Source of the DNA: Dehalococcoidia bacterium | GTDB lineage: Bacteria; Chloroflexota; Dehalococcoidia; Plut-88900 | DNA: 64,000 nt | Direction: 5' to 3' | NCBI GenBank assembly: GCA_965197585.1 | Contig: OZ240215.1 | Span: forward strand, 3,200,001-3,264,000 | Shown here: positions 56,602-64,000 of the stretch, one piece after another | How positions within the stretch are numbered: the stretch's first letter is position 1 | How the letters are laid out: each line of letters opens with the position of its first letter | Program-made: the position numbers and the translations under genes | The notes under the pieces: model-generated | Seen by the model: the letters and a program-made list of their open reading frames with translations, nothing else | What the model was told of the DNA's origin: nothing | Databases searched by the model: none

Positions 56602-57568
56602 AACGCTCCTCGGTTTTGGCCCTAGGGCCCACATAGACCACCGCTACAAGAAGCACCAAAGCTGCCCATACGAAGGTAGCAGCGGCCAGGTGCATGACAT
56701 TCGTGGCCCTGTGGAAGCCGATCATTACGTTGACGCCCCCCACGATAATCTGTCCAACAAATAAGGCGATGAACAAGGGCGCCAGTCGGTTGATACTCGG
56801 TATTTGGCGCCGCAGATTATATGCCTGGTTCGCCGCGGCTACGATGATGGGTACGGCCACAATTGTCAAAAGTCGGTGGCCCATGTGGACGCCTTCCAGG
56901 AATGTGTCGGGGAAAAGAGAGCCACTGCATAGCGGCCACGAGTCCCCACAGGCCCCCGTGGCCCCCGTCGCCTGCGTGTAGGCCCCGCTCAGAATTACGG
57001 CGAAGGTTGCCACCAAAGCGGCAATGAATGTGTTACGCGCAGTCGTGGATATGGAGGTGGCTTCTCCTGTTCGTGGGTTGCGAAGGCTGACCCCGACGAC
57101 GGTTACCAGGATCATTAGGCCGAGCACCGACTGCGCTACGGTGAGATGGGCCATGACAAGCCATTCGTTGAGCTCCGTCCTGACCGTTATCCACCCGAGA
57201 ATTACCTGTACGATCAGCAGCAAGATTGCAAGGATTATTGGTGATGTTAGAAGTCTCTCTTTGCGATGGGAACGCCAGATTACAATCCCCGTGACCACGA
57301 TAATCAGCCCCGTCACTGCCGCGACCATGCGGTGTGAGTACTCGATGAGGGTTGCGGGGTCGGATGAAGGGATAACCTTGCCGTGACAGAATGGCCAGTC
57401 GGGGCATCCCAGGCCCGAGTCGGTAATACGGACCACCCCTCCGAGAATGATGAGCCCTAAAAGAAATATGACTGAGGCCAGAGACCAGGCCCTGAGGGGT
57501 CCTCCGGCAGGTTCGGTTGTCGGGCTGGCAGTGAGTGTTCGGTTGACCAATTGGCCCCACTCCCCCAC
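56591..57568 (-). CDS. ctaA: Heme A synthase
   Basis: GLGCPDWPFC, EYSHR, GACG.SWPLC, HMGHR. Confidence 0.93.
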   Translation of the reverse strand: MGEWGQLVNRTLTASPTTEPAGGPLRAWSLASVIFLLGLIILGGVVRITDSGLGCPDWPFCHGKVIPSSDPATLIEYSHRMVAAVTGLIIVVTGIVIWRSHRKERLLTSPIILAILLLIVQVILGWITVRTELNEWLVMAHLTVAQSVLGLMILVTVVGVSLRNPRTGEATSISTTARNTFIAALVATFAVILSGAYTQATGATGACGDSWPLCSGSLFPDTFLEGVHMGHRLLTIVAVPIIVAAANQAYNLRRQIPSINRLAPLFIALFVGQIIVGGVNVMIGFHRATNVMHLAAATFVWAALVLLVAVVYVGPRAKTEERYAA

Positions 57569-57614
57569 GGCGGAGCCGCGTCGGGCAGGTTTCTAAGTCC
57601 GCCTGAGAGTCCGT

Positions 57615-57632
57615 TTGTGCATTACTGCACAA
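57615..57632. promoter_or_regulatory. Rex-like operator in the divergent ctaA/ctaC region
   Basis: Perfect TTGTGCA-TTAC-TGCACAA inverted repeat. Confidence 0.65.
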
Positions 57633-57773
57633 CTGGGAAATTATAGCATACAGCCCTCTTTGTTCCTTTGGATTTCAGCCCTTGACGGGCAGTAGCATCT
57701 TTGATAATCTCCTACGTGAAAATTTTTACAGACTCCGTGCTCCTCATACCGGATTTCACGAGAGGTCCCTATA

Positions 57774-59378
57774 TTGGCTTCAGGCCTCATCAGGAAGACA
57801 CTTCTCCCCGGCCTCCTACTGGCCGCCCTATTCATACTGGCCAGTTGCGGCAACCAGTCCACCTTTAATGCCAAGGGGGAGGTCGCGCGTCAGCAGCTGG
57901 AACTGTTCTGGATCATCTTTGCGCTGGCAGCCTTCGTCTTCGTGCTTGTCGAAGGGGCCCTCATCTACGGTGCGTTCCGGTATCGGAGGCGTCCAGGACA
58001 GGCTATCCCCAAGCAGACCCACGGTCACACCAAGCTGGAGATAGCCTGGACTATAGCCCCGACCATCGTCCTTGTCGGCGTGGCCATCCCGACCCTCTTT
58101 GCCATCTTCAACACTTCTGCCTCCAGCGGGTACGAAGTCACCATGACCGTTGTAGAAGAGGTGGTTGACTCCAGAAGCGAGGTAACCGTTGAACAGGCCC
58201 GTTCGATTGACTCGGCTGCCGCAGTGGGAGACGAAATAACCGTCCCCCGGATGCACGTCGAGGTTCGGGCCCACCAGTGGTGGTGGGAATTCCGCTATTC
58301 CGACATCGAAGTGGAAACGGCCAACGAACTCCACATCCCAGTCAACACCAGGATTGATGTGGACCTGCATTCAGACGATGTTATTCACAGCTTCTGGATT
58401 CCCAATCTCGCAGGCAAGCTCGATGTCGTCCCCACAGTTACCAACAAGACATGGTTCATGGCTGAAGAGGCTGGAGTCTATGAAGCCCGTTGCGCCGAAT
58501 TCTGCGGCCTGGCGCACACAGACATGCGTTTCGTCGTAATCGCCCATGAATGGGACGACTTCGACGGCTGGGTGGCGGCTTACGATGCCGCTCCCCAACT
58601 GCCCACCGGCGACGCACTTGAAGGCCAAGCGGTTTTCCTGAGCAAGGGGTGTGTCCTGTGCCATAACAAAGACGCTCCTACCTCCGTGGAAGTCAGGGCC
58701 CAGCAGAGGAAGCAATTCATGGAAGGCAATGCCGTGGTGCCCGGCCCGAACCTGAAACAGTTCGCCACCCGTACTACTATGGCTGCAGGCATCGCCCCTC
58801 TCACCAAGTCTAACCTGGAAGCTTGGCTTAGAAACCCTGACGAGTTCAAGCCCGGCAACCGGATGGCCGAACTCGCTGCGGTCTACAATGAGCCTTCCCA
58901 GGCCATGACTGAAGAAGAGGTCGTTAATCTTGCCGCCTATCTGCTAAGTTTGCGCCCGGCGGTCGAGGCAATCCCGACTCCGACGGCCATGCCTCCTGTA
59001 GGCTCTACTCCTACTCCAACCCCCGACCCCTCCATAACGCCAACGGTCGAACCTAGTCCCACGCCGGTATCGCTCCCACCTGGGGATGCCGCACGGGGGG
59101 CTCAGATCTTCCAAACGTCCACTCCCCTCACCTGCGTCACGTGTCACTCCTTGGACGGGACGGTGGGATTGGGCCCGAGCCAGCAAGGAATAGCGGCCAG
59201 AGCCGGTACCCGAATCCCGGGCATGGACGCCAGGGAGTACATCACACAGTCTGTTCTGGACACCAATTCGTACATTGTCGAAGGCTTCCCGGCTGACCTT
59301 ATGCCGGCCAACTTCATCGAGACTATAGGCCCGCAGGGCGTAGCCGACGTGATTGAGTACCTGTTAACCCTCAATTAG
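57774..59378 (+). CDS. ctaC: Cytochrome c oxidase subunit II fused to two cytochrome c domains
   Basis: LASC lipobox, LEIAWT, HQWWW, HSFW, CAEFCGLAHTDM (CuA), CVLCH, CVTCH. Confidence 0.95.
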   Translation: MASGLIRKTLLPGLLLAALFILASCGNQSTFNAKGEVARQQLELFWIIFALAAFVFVLVEGALIYGAFRYRRRPGQAIPKQTHGHTKLEIAWTIAPTIVLVGVAIPTLFAIFNTSASSGYEVTMTVVEEVVDSRSEVTVEQARSIDSAAAVGDEITVPRMHVEVRAHQWWWEFRYSDIEVETANELHIPVNTRIDVDLHSDDVIHSFWIPNLAGKLDVVPTVTNKTWFMAEEAGVYEARCAEFCGLAHTDMRFVVIAHEWDDFDGWVAAYDAAPQLPTGDALEGQAVFLSKGCVLCHNKDAPTSVEVRAQQRKQFMEGNAVVPGPNLKQFATRTTMAAGIAPLTKSNLEAWLRNPDEFKPGNRMAELAAVYNEPSQAMTEEEVVNLAAYLLSLRPAVEAIPTPTAMPPVGSTPTPTPDPSITPTVEPSPTPVSLPPGDAARGAQIFQTSTPLTCVTCHSLDGTVGLGPSQQGIAARAGTRIPGMDAREYITQSVLDTNSYIVEGFPADLMPANFIETIGPQGVADVIEYLLTLN

Positions 59379-59440
59379 TTTGTTGAGAGCCCCACAGAAA
59401 ACTAATATAATTCGGCCCTAACCTTGGAAGAGGCGTCATT

Positions 59441-61327
59441 TTGGTAACGGCAGACGAAGTAATAGAGGGAGTAACCTCTAGGTCCAAGACTCTGGACACG
59501 GCCTGGAGTTGGATCACGACTGTCGATCACAAGCGGATCGGCATCCTCTACATGGTCACAGCGATAATCTTCTTCTTCGGCGCGGGGATCGAAGCGCTGG
59601 TGATGCGGACTCAGCTGGCGAGACCCGACAGCACACTGGTCGAAGCGGAAACCTTTAACCAGATGTTCACCATGCACGCTCTCTCAATGATCTTCCTGGG
59701 CGTGATGCCCATGAGCGTCGCCTTCTTCAACCTCATAGTGCCGCTGGCCATTGGCGCCCGTGACGTAGCCTTCCCGAGGCTCAACGCCCTAAGCTACTGG
59801 ATATTCCTCTTCGGCGGCCTGCTGCTCAACGGTGGCTTCATATCTGGAATGGGTTCCCCGGACGCGGGCTGGTTCGCCTATGCCAACCTGACGGAAGAGC
59901 CGTTCTCCAAGGGTCAAGGGATGAGCTTCTACGCCCTGGGACTGATCACCTTGGGGGTGTCGTCACTCGCGGGCGCATTTAACTTCTTAGTCACCATCAT
60001 CAACATGAGGGCGCCGGGTATGACTCTGATGAGGATGCCGCCCTTCATCTGGATGACTCTCGTGACCTCCTTCCTGTTGGTTACGGCGATGCCCGTGATC
60101 ACTGTCGGCCTTATACAGATCCTCTTCGACCGGAACTTCGGGACCAACTTCTTCGACACCACTGCAGGCGGCAGCCCGGTGCTCTGGCAGCACGTCTTCT
60201 GGCTGTTCGGCCATCCCGAAGTCTACATCCTGATATTGCCCGCCATGGGCATAGTTTCCGAGATCATCCCCACCTTCTCCCGTAAACCACTTTTCGGGTA
60301 CCACTTCGTGATCTTCTCGGGTATCGTCATCGGATTTATGGGCTGGGGTGTGTGGAGCCACCACATGTTCACGGTGGGTCTGGGTAACATCGCAAACTCT
60401 GTGTTCGCAATAACCACGATGCTCATAGCAATCCCGACGGGCGTTAAGATATTCAACTGGCTTGGGACCATGTGGGGAGGATCGATCAGATTCTCGACGC
60501 CCATGCTCTTCGCGCTCGGATTCGTGGCTATGTTCATACTCGGCGGCCTGAGTGGCGTGACCCACGCCTCGCCCCCCGCCGACGCCCAGCAACAGGACAG
60601 CTACTACATCGTCGCCCACCTGCACTACGTGCTGTTCGGCGGCAGCATCATGGGCCTGCTCGCCGGGATCTACTACTGGTTCCCCAAGGTGACCGGCCGG
60701 ATGCTCAACGACAATCTCGGTAAGCTCCACTTCTGGCTGGTGATGTTTGGGTCGAACCTCACCTTCTTCCCCATGCACATCCTGGGCCTGGTGGGCATGC
60801 CCCGCAGGGTGTACACCTACTCCGCCACGTCAGGCTTCGAGGCGTACAACCTGCTTCAGACTGTGGGAGCATTTATCCTCGCCGCTTCCTTCCTGATCTT
60901 CCTGCACAATGTGTTCAGCTCGCTAAGGAAAGGCGCTAGGGCTGGCAAGGACCCGTGGGACGGGCGCACCCTGGAATGGACTATCCCTTCTCCTCCCCCC
61001 CACTACAATTTCGTGGAGATTCCTGCCATCCACAGCCGGGAGCCCGCTTGGGACATGAAGTACGGTCACGACTCCGAAGGCGCTATGCCCATCGAGAGAC
61101 CGGACGCCCCGGGTGCCCAGCTATACAACGAGGCGGAAGAGGAAGACCACCCGGAAATCCATATGCCCAGCCCTTCCTACTGGCCCATTGTGGTGGCCGC
61201 GGGATTCGGCATTGCGGGAGCTCTGTTCATTGTGGGGCCATGGTACAGCTCCATTGGGCTGGTAATCGCCATGATAGGGCTCTACTCCTGGGCCGCCGAG
61301 CCCGTATCGAAAGATGAGCACCATTAG
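59441..61327 (+). CDS. ctaD: Cytochrome c oxidase subunit I (A1 type)
   Basis: DHKRIG, GHPEVY, WSHHM, AHLHY, GMPRR. Confidence 0.97.
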   Translation: MVTADEVIEGVTSRSKTLDTAWSWITTVDHKRIGILYMVTAIIFFFGAGIEALVMRTQLARPDSTLVEAETFNQMFTMHALSMIFLGVMPMSVAFFNLIVPLAIGARDVAFPRLNALSYWIFLFGGLLLNGGFISGMGSPDAGWFAYANLTEEPFSKGQGMSFYALGLITLGVSSLAGAFNFLVTIINMRAPGMTLMRMPPFIWMTLVTSFLLVTAMPVITVGLIQILFDRNFGTNFFDTTAGGSPVLWQHVFWLFGHPEVYILILPAMGIVSEIIPTFSRKPLFGYHFVIFSGIVIGFMGWGVWSHHMFTVGLGNIANSVFAITTMLIAIPTGVKIFNWLGTMWGGSIRFSTPMLFALGFVAMFILGGLSGVTHASPPADAQQQDSYYIVAHLHYVLFGGSIMGLLAGIYYWFPKVTGRMLNDNLGKLHFWLVMFGSNLTFFPMHILGLVGMPRRVYTYSATSGFEAYNLLQTVGAFILAASFLIFLHNVFSSLRKGARAGKDPWDGRTLEWTIPSPPPHYNFVEIPAIHSREPAWDMKYGHDSEGAMPIERPDAPGAQLYNEAEEEDHPEIHMPSPSYWPIVVAAGFGIAGALFIVGPWYSSIGLVIAMIGLYSWAAEPVSKDEHH

Positions 61328-61372
61328 CCTGCATACCTGCGCAATATAGCCGTATCACAACGGAGAACCCTT

Positions 61373-62044
61373 TTGGCCCACGCCGCTACAACTGAACACA
61401 GCCCGGAGCACGAGACCACCACCGGTCTGGATCATCGCAAACTTGCGATGTGGGCCTTCCTGGGCTCCGAGTGCCTATTCTTCGGCACTTTCATTTCGAC
61501 ATACCTCGTATACCGGAATCAGAGCCTGGTAGGCCCCTACCCCAAAGACATCATCAGTATTCCGGTTACCTCGGTAAGCACCTTCGTGCTGCTCATGAGC
61601 AGCTTCATGATGGTGATGGCCCTTTACTCCATAAGGAGGGGCGACAACAAGGGATTCCGGGTCTGGGTAATTGGTACGGCTTTGCTCGGGTCTGTATTCC
61701 TCGGCTTTCAGGTCTTCGAATTCCGGGAGTTCTACATTCACGGCCTCTCCCCGTCAACCAACCTGTTCGGGACCACCTTCTTTGTCCTGACGGGGTTCCA
61801 TGGCGCTCACGTGACCGGAGGCGTAATCTGGCTGGTGTCGCTCTTCGGCCAATCGGTGAACGGCACGCTGACCCAGAAAGATTCTCTGAGAGTGGAGTTG
61901 GCGGGCCTTTACTGGCACTTCGTCGACATTGTCTGGATTATTATTTTCACCCTGGTGTACTTGCTGGGCGCAGAGGACGGACCGGTAGGCGAGGCCGGTC
62001 ATGCCTTGCTCTCGGGCGGTTTGACGAAGTTCCCGATGGTTTAG
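61373..62044 (+). CDS. ctaE: Cytochrome c oxidase subunit III
   Basis: FLGSE..FF, TGFHGAHV, YWHFVD.VW. Confidence 0.95.
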   Translation: MAHAATTEHSPEHETTTGLDHRKLAMWAFLGSECLFFGTFISTYLVYRNQSLVGPYPKDIISIPVTSVSTFVLLMSSFMMVMALYSIRRGDNKGFRVWVIGTALLGSVFLGFQVFEFREFYIHGLSPSTNLFGTTFFVLTGFHGAHVTGGVIWLVSLFGQSVNGTLTQKDSLRVELAGLYWHFVDIVWIIIFTLVYLLGAEDGPVGEAGHALLSGGLTKFPMV

Positions 62045-62078
62045 GGACCGGAACTAAGGCAACAATTAAGCACAGCTG

Positions 62079-62411
62079 ATGCAGGACGACGCAATAAATA
62101 CCGCTGCCGGGTCTGGCCATTCTCCTGAGGATGACGGGCACCCTACCGTAGCTAAATACATCAAGATAGCGATAATTCTGGCGTTGATCACGCTTATAGA
62201 AGTGGGCGTGTTCTACCTGGATTTCGACAGGACGCTCTTCATAATCGTTTTCTTGGTTATGTCGGGCGTCAAGTTCGCCATCGTCATCATGTTCTACATG
62301 CACCTGAAGTTCGATGATATCCTCTTCTCCAGGCTCTTCATTGGCGGCCTTACCTTGGCTGCCGCTGCTCTCTTCTCCCTCTTGGGCCTGTTCCAGATCC
62401 TGGTAGAGTAG
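62079..62411 (+). CDS. ctaF: Cytochrome c oxidase subunit IV
   Basis: LITLIEV, KF..V..FYMHLKFD; three TM segments. Confidence 0.9.
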   Translation: MQDDAINTAAGSGHSPEDDGHPTVAKYIKIAIILALITLIEVGVFYLDFDRTLFIIVFLVMSGVKFAIVIMFYMHLKFDDILFSRLFIGGLTLAAAALFSLLGLFQILVE

Positions 62412-62469
62412 CCTCCGGGCCCCCAGCGACGCGTTTTTGGGCTCTCGCCCCTGATTTCCGAGGTGCACT

Positions 62470-63315
62470 GTGCCGGTCGATGGCGGTTTCACTCCCGAAT
62501 TCTCCTGGCTGAACTGGGGCGGCGACATCAGCGTGGTCGCCGGGGTTTTCCTGCTGGAGGCCCTGTACCTGCTGTCCGTGGGGCCTCTGCGGCCCCGATT
62601 CCCCGGCTCATCGGACGTCAGCACCCGGCGGATAGTCTTATTCAGCCTCGGCCTGTGGTCCATCTTCTTTGCCCTCTACTCTCCACTGGACCAGCTCAGC
62701 GATCACTATCTGTTCAGTGCGCACATGATCCAGCACCTGCTCCTGGTACTGGTGGGCCCCCCTCTAATGCTTCTGGGCACTCCGGGATGGATGCTGAGAC
62801 CCTTCCTCGGGATACCCGGGGTATTCGGCGTCGCCAAAGTTCTGACCTATCCCGTGCTCGCAGCTCTCCTATTCAACCTCCTGTTCGCCGTCTGGCATGT
62901 GCCTGCGATTTACGAGGCGGGACTGAACAGACTTTCGGTGCATATTGTCCAGCACTTGACCTTTATAGCTGCCGGTGTGATCATGTGGTGGCCCGTACTT
63001 AGCCCCATGAAAGAACTGCCCCGCCTCCCTTACGCAGGACAGGTGCTCTACCTCTTTGTGCTTTCAATCCCTCCGGCAATAGTCGGCGCCCTCATAACCT
63101 TCTCCGACAGTATCCTCTACGAGACCTACGCCGCCGCACCCGAGATCTGGGGTATTTCGACACAGGCCGATCAGCAAATTGGCGGTGTGATCATGAAGCT
63201 GCCGGGCTTCCTGATTTTCCTTCTGGCGGCGGGCATTATCTTCTTCACCTGGGCCGCCAAGGAGGACGAGAGAGACCGGCTGGAGGCGGCTGAGCATTTG
63301 AAGGACCTCAACTAG
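62470..63315 (+). CDS. ctaG: caa3-type oxidase assembly factor
   Basis: SPL, LFSAHMIQH, WH.P, DQQIGG.IM. Confidence 0.92.
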   Translation: MPVDGGFTPEFSWLNWGGDISVVAGVFLLEALYLLSVGPLRPRFPGSSDVSTRRIVLFSLGLWSIFFALYSPLDQLSDHYLFSAHMIQHLLLVLVGPPLMLLGTPGWMLRPFLGIPGVFGVAKVLTYPVLAALLFNLLFAVWHVPAIYEAGLNRLSVHIVQHLTFIAAGVIMWWPVLSPMKELPRLPYAGQVLYLFVLSIPPAIVGALITFSDSILYETYAAAPEIWGISTQADQQIGGVIMKLPGFLIFLLAAGIIFFTWAAKEDERDRLEAAEHLKDLN

Positions 63316-63327
63316 AGGTTCTCCAGC

Positions 63328-64000
63328 ATGACCACAGTCACGGATATAGTCTCCCGAGCGGGGGCGAGCGCCGTGTTCATGTGTGATTTCTCGCCTCCCC
63401 GCACCCCGAGTGCAAACTGGCCGGACGAGGTGCTATCCCTCAACCCCGACCTGATCTGCGTCCCCCACCTGGCCCCCCACCCCACCCGCCCCGACGCCAT
63501 AACTGCCGCACACCTGATACGGGACAAGACCGGCGCAGAGGTAGTCTTCAACTTTGCCACCCGGGATGCAAGGAAATCGGAAGTCTGGGAGCGGCTTGGT
63601 AACGCCCGCAGCCTGGGCTTGGAAAACATAGTGGTATTGCTAGGAGATGCGGACAGGGGGGTGGGCAGCGTAGCTCGCGAGAATAGCTTTAAGCCAACCG
63701 AGCTTATTCGTGAGTTACAAGGCTTAGATGAAGGTTTCTGTGTGGGTGCGGTGGTGGACCTAGCCAAGGGTGTGGATCAGGAGGCCGACCTTTCTCGTCG
63801 AAAAATCGATGCGGGAGCAGACTTCCTACTCGTGCAGCCGACCTTCGATATAGACGCTGCAGAGCGGTTTCTGGCAAAAGCAGACACGTCTATTCCCATG
63901 TTCTTCGGGGTCCAGGTACTGGTTAAAGGAGGCGTTGCATTCACCCCGGTTCCGGATTCCCTGCGCCTGGAAATCGAAAGTGGACGGTCGGGTGTGGATG
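63328..64000 (+). CDS. Methylenetetrahydrofolate reductase (MetF)-like flavoprotein, truncated by the window end
   Basis: Not in ORF track. Manual translation from ATG 63328: CDFSPPR...ATRD...NIVVLLGD...KIDAGADFLLVQPTFD. Confidence 0.78.
   Translation, partial: MTTVTDIVSRAGASAVFMCDFSPPRTPSANWPDEVLSLNPDLICVPHLAPHPTRPDAITAAHLIRDKTGAEVVFNFATRDARKSEVWERLGNARSLGLENIVVLLGDADRGVGSVARENSFKPTELIRELQGLDEGFCVGAVVDLAKGVDQEADLSRRKIDAGADFLLVQPTFDIDAAERFLAKADTSIPMFFGVQVLVKGGVAFTPVPDSLRLEIESGRSGVD

Overview
GC-rich bacterial chromosomal segment. Gene content points to an aerobic Dehalococcoidia/SAR202-like Chloroflexota (inference: class V FBP aldolase/phosphatase, PAC2, F420-type PPOX protein, paralogous amidohydrolases, many P/T-linker lipoproteins). 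About 60 CDSs: iscS/iscU; hicAB; cinA; a tight coaE-CbbQ/NorQ-Nudix-giant vWA (CbbO/NorD) operon with no Rubisco or Nor client in the window; amine/amino-acid catabolic genes; a PotABC-like ABC operon lacking a binding protein; a dxs-prenyltransferase-hpnH-orf-hpnG-hpnA-shc-hpnD hopanoid operon ending in an F420-type PPOX gene; three orphan GrdE-like (glycine/sarcosine/betaine reductase B) proproteins interrupted by vapBC; an AT-richer methyltransferase+AlkB islet; and a complete caa3-type cytochrome c oxidase cluster. Best novel candidates: (1) a 478-nt densely structured non-coding element at 53601-54078, closed by a long terminal stem and preceded by a strong promoter; (2) the GrdE-like triad with Ser/Gly/Cys at the pyruvoyl position, whose promoter closely matches that of the 478-nt element; (3) the CoA-linked CbbQ/CbbO module; (4) a riboswitch-like attenuator ahead of the dxs-hopanoid operon; (5) a NusA-like insert in oxidase subunit II. 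No rRNA, tRNA, CRISPR array or transposase was recognised. All calls are by eye, without database searches.
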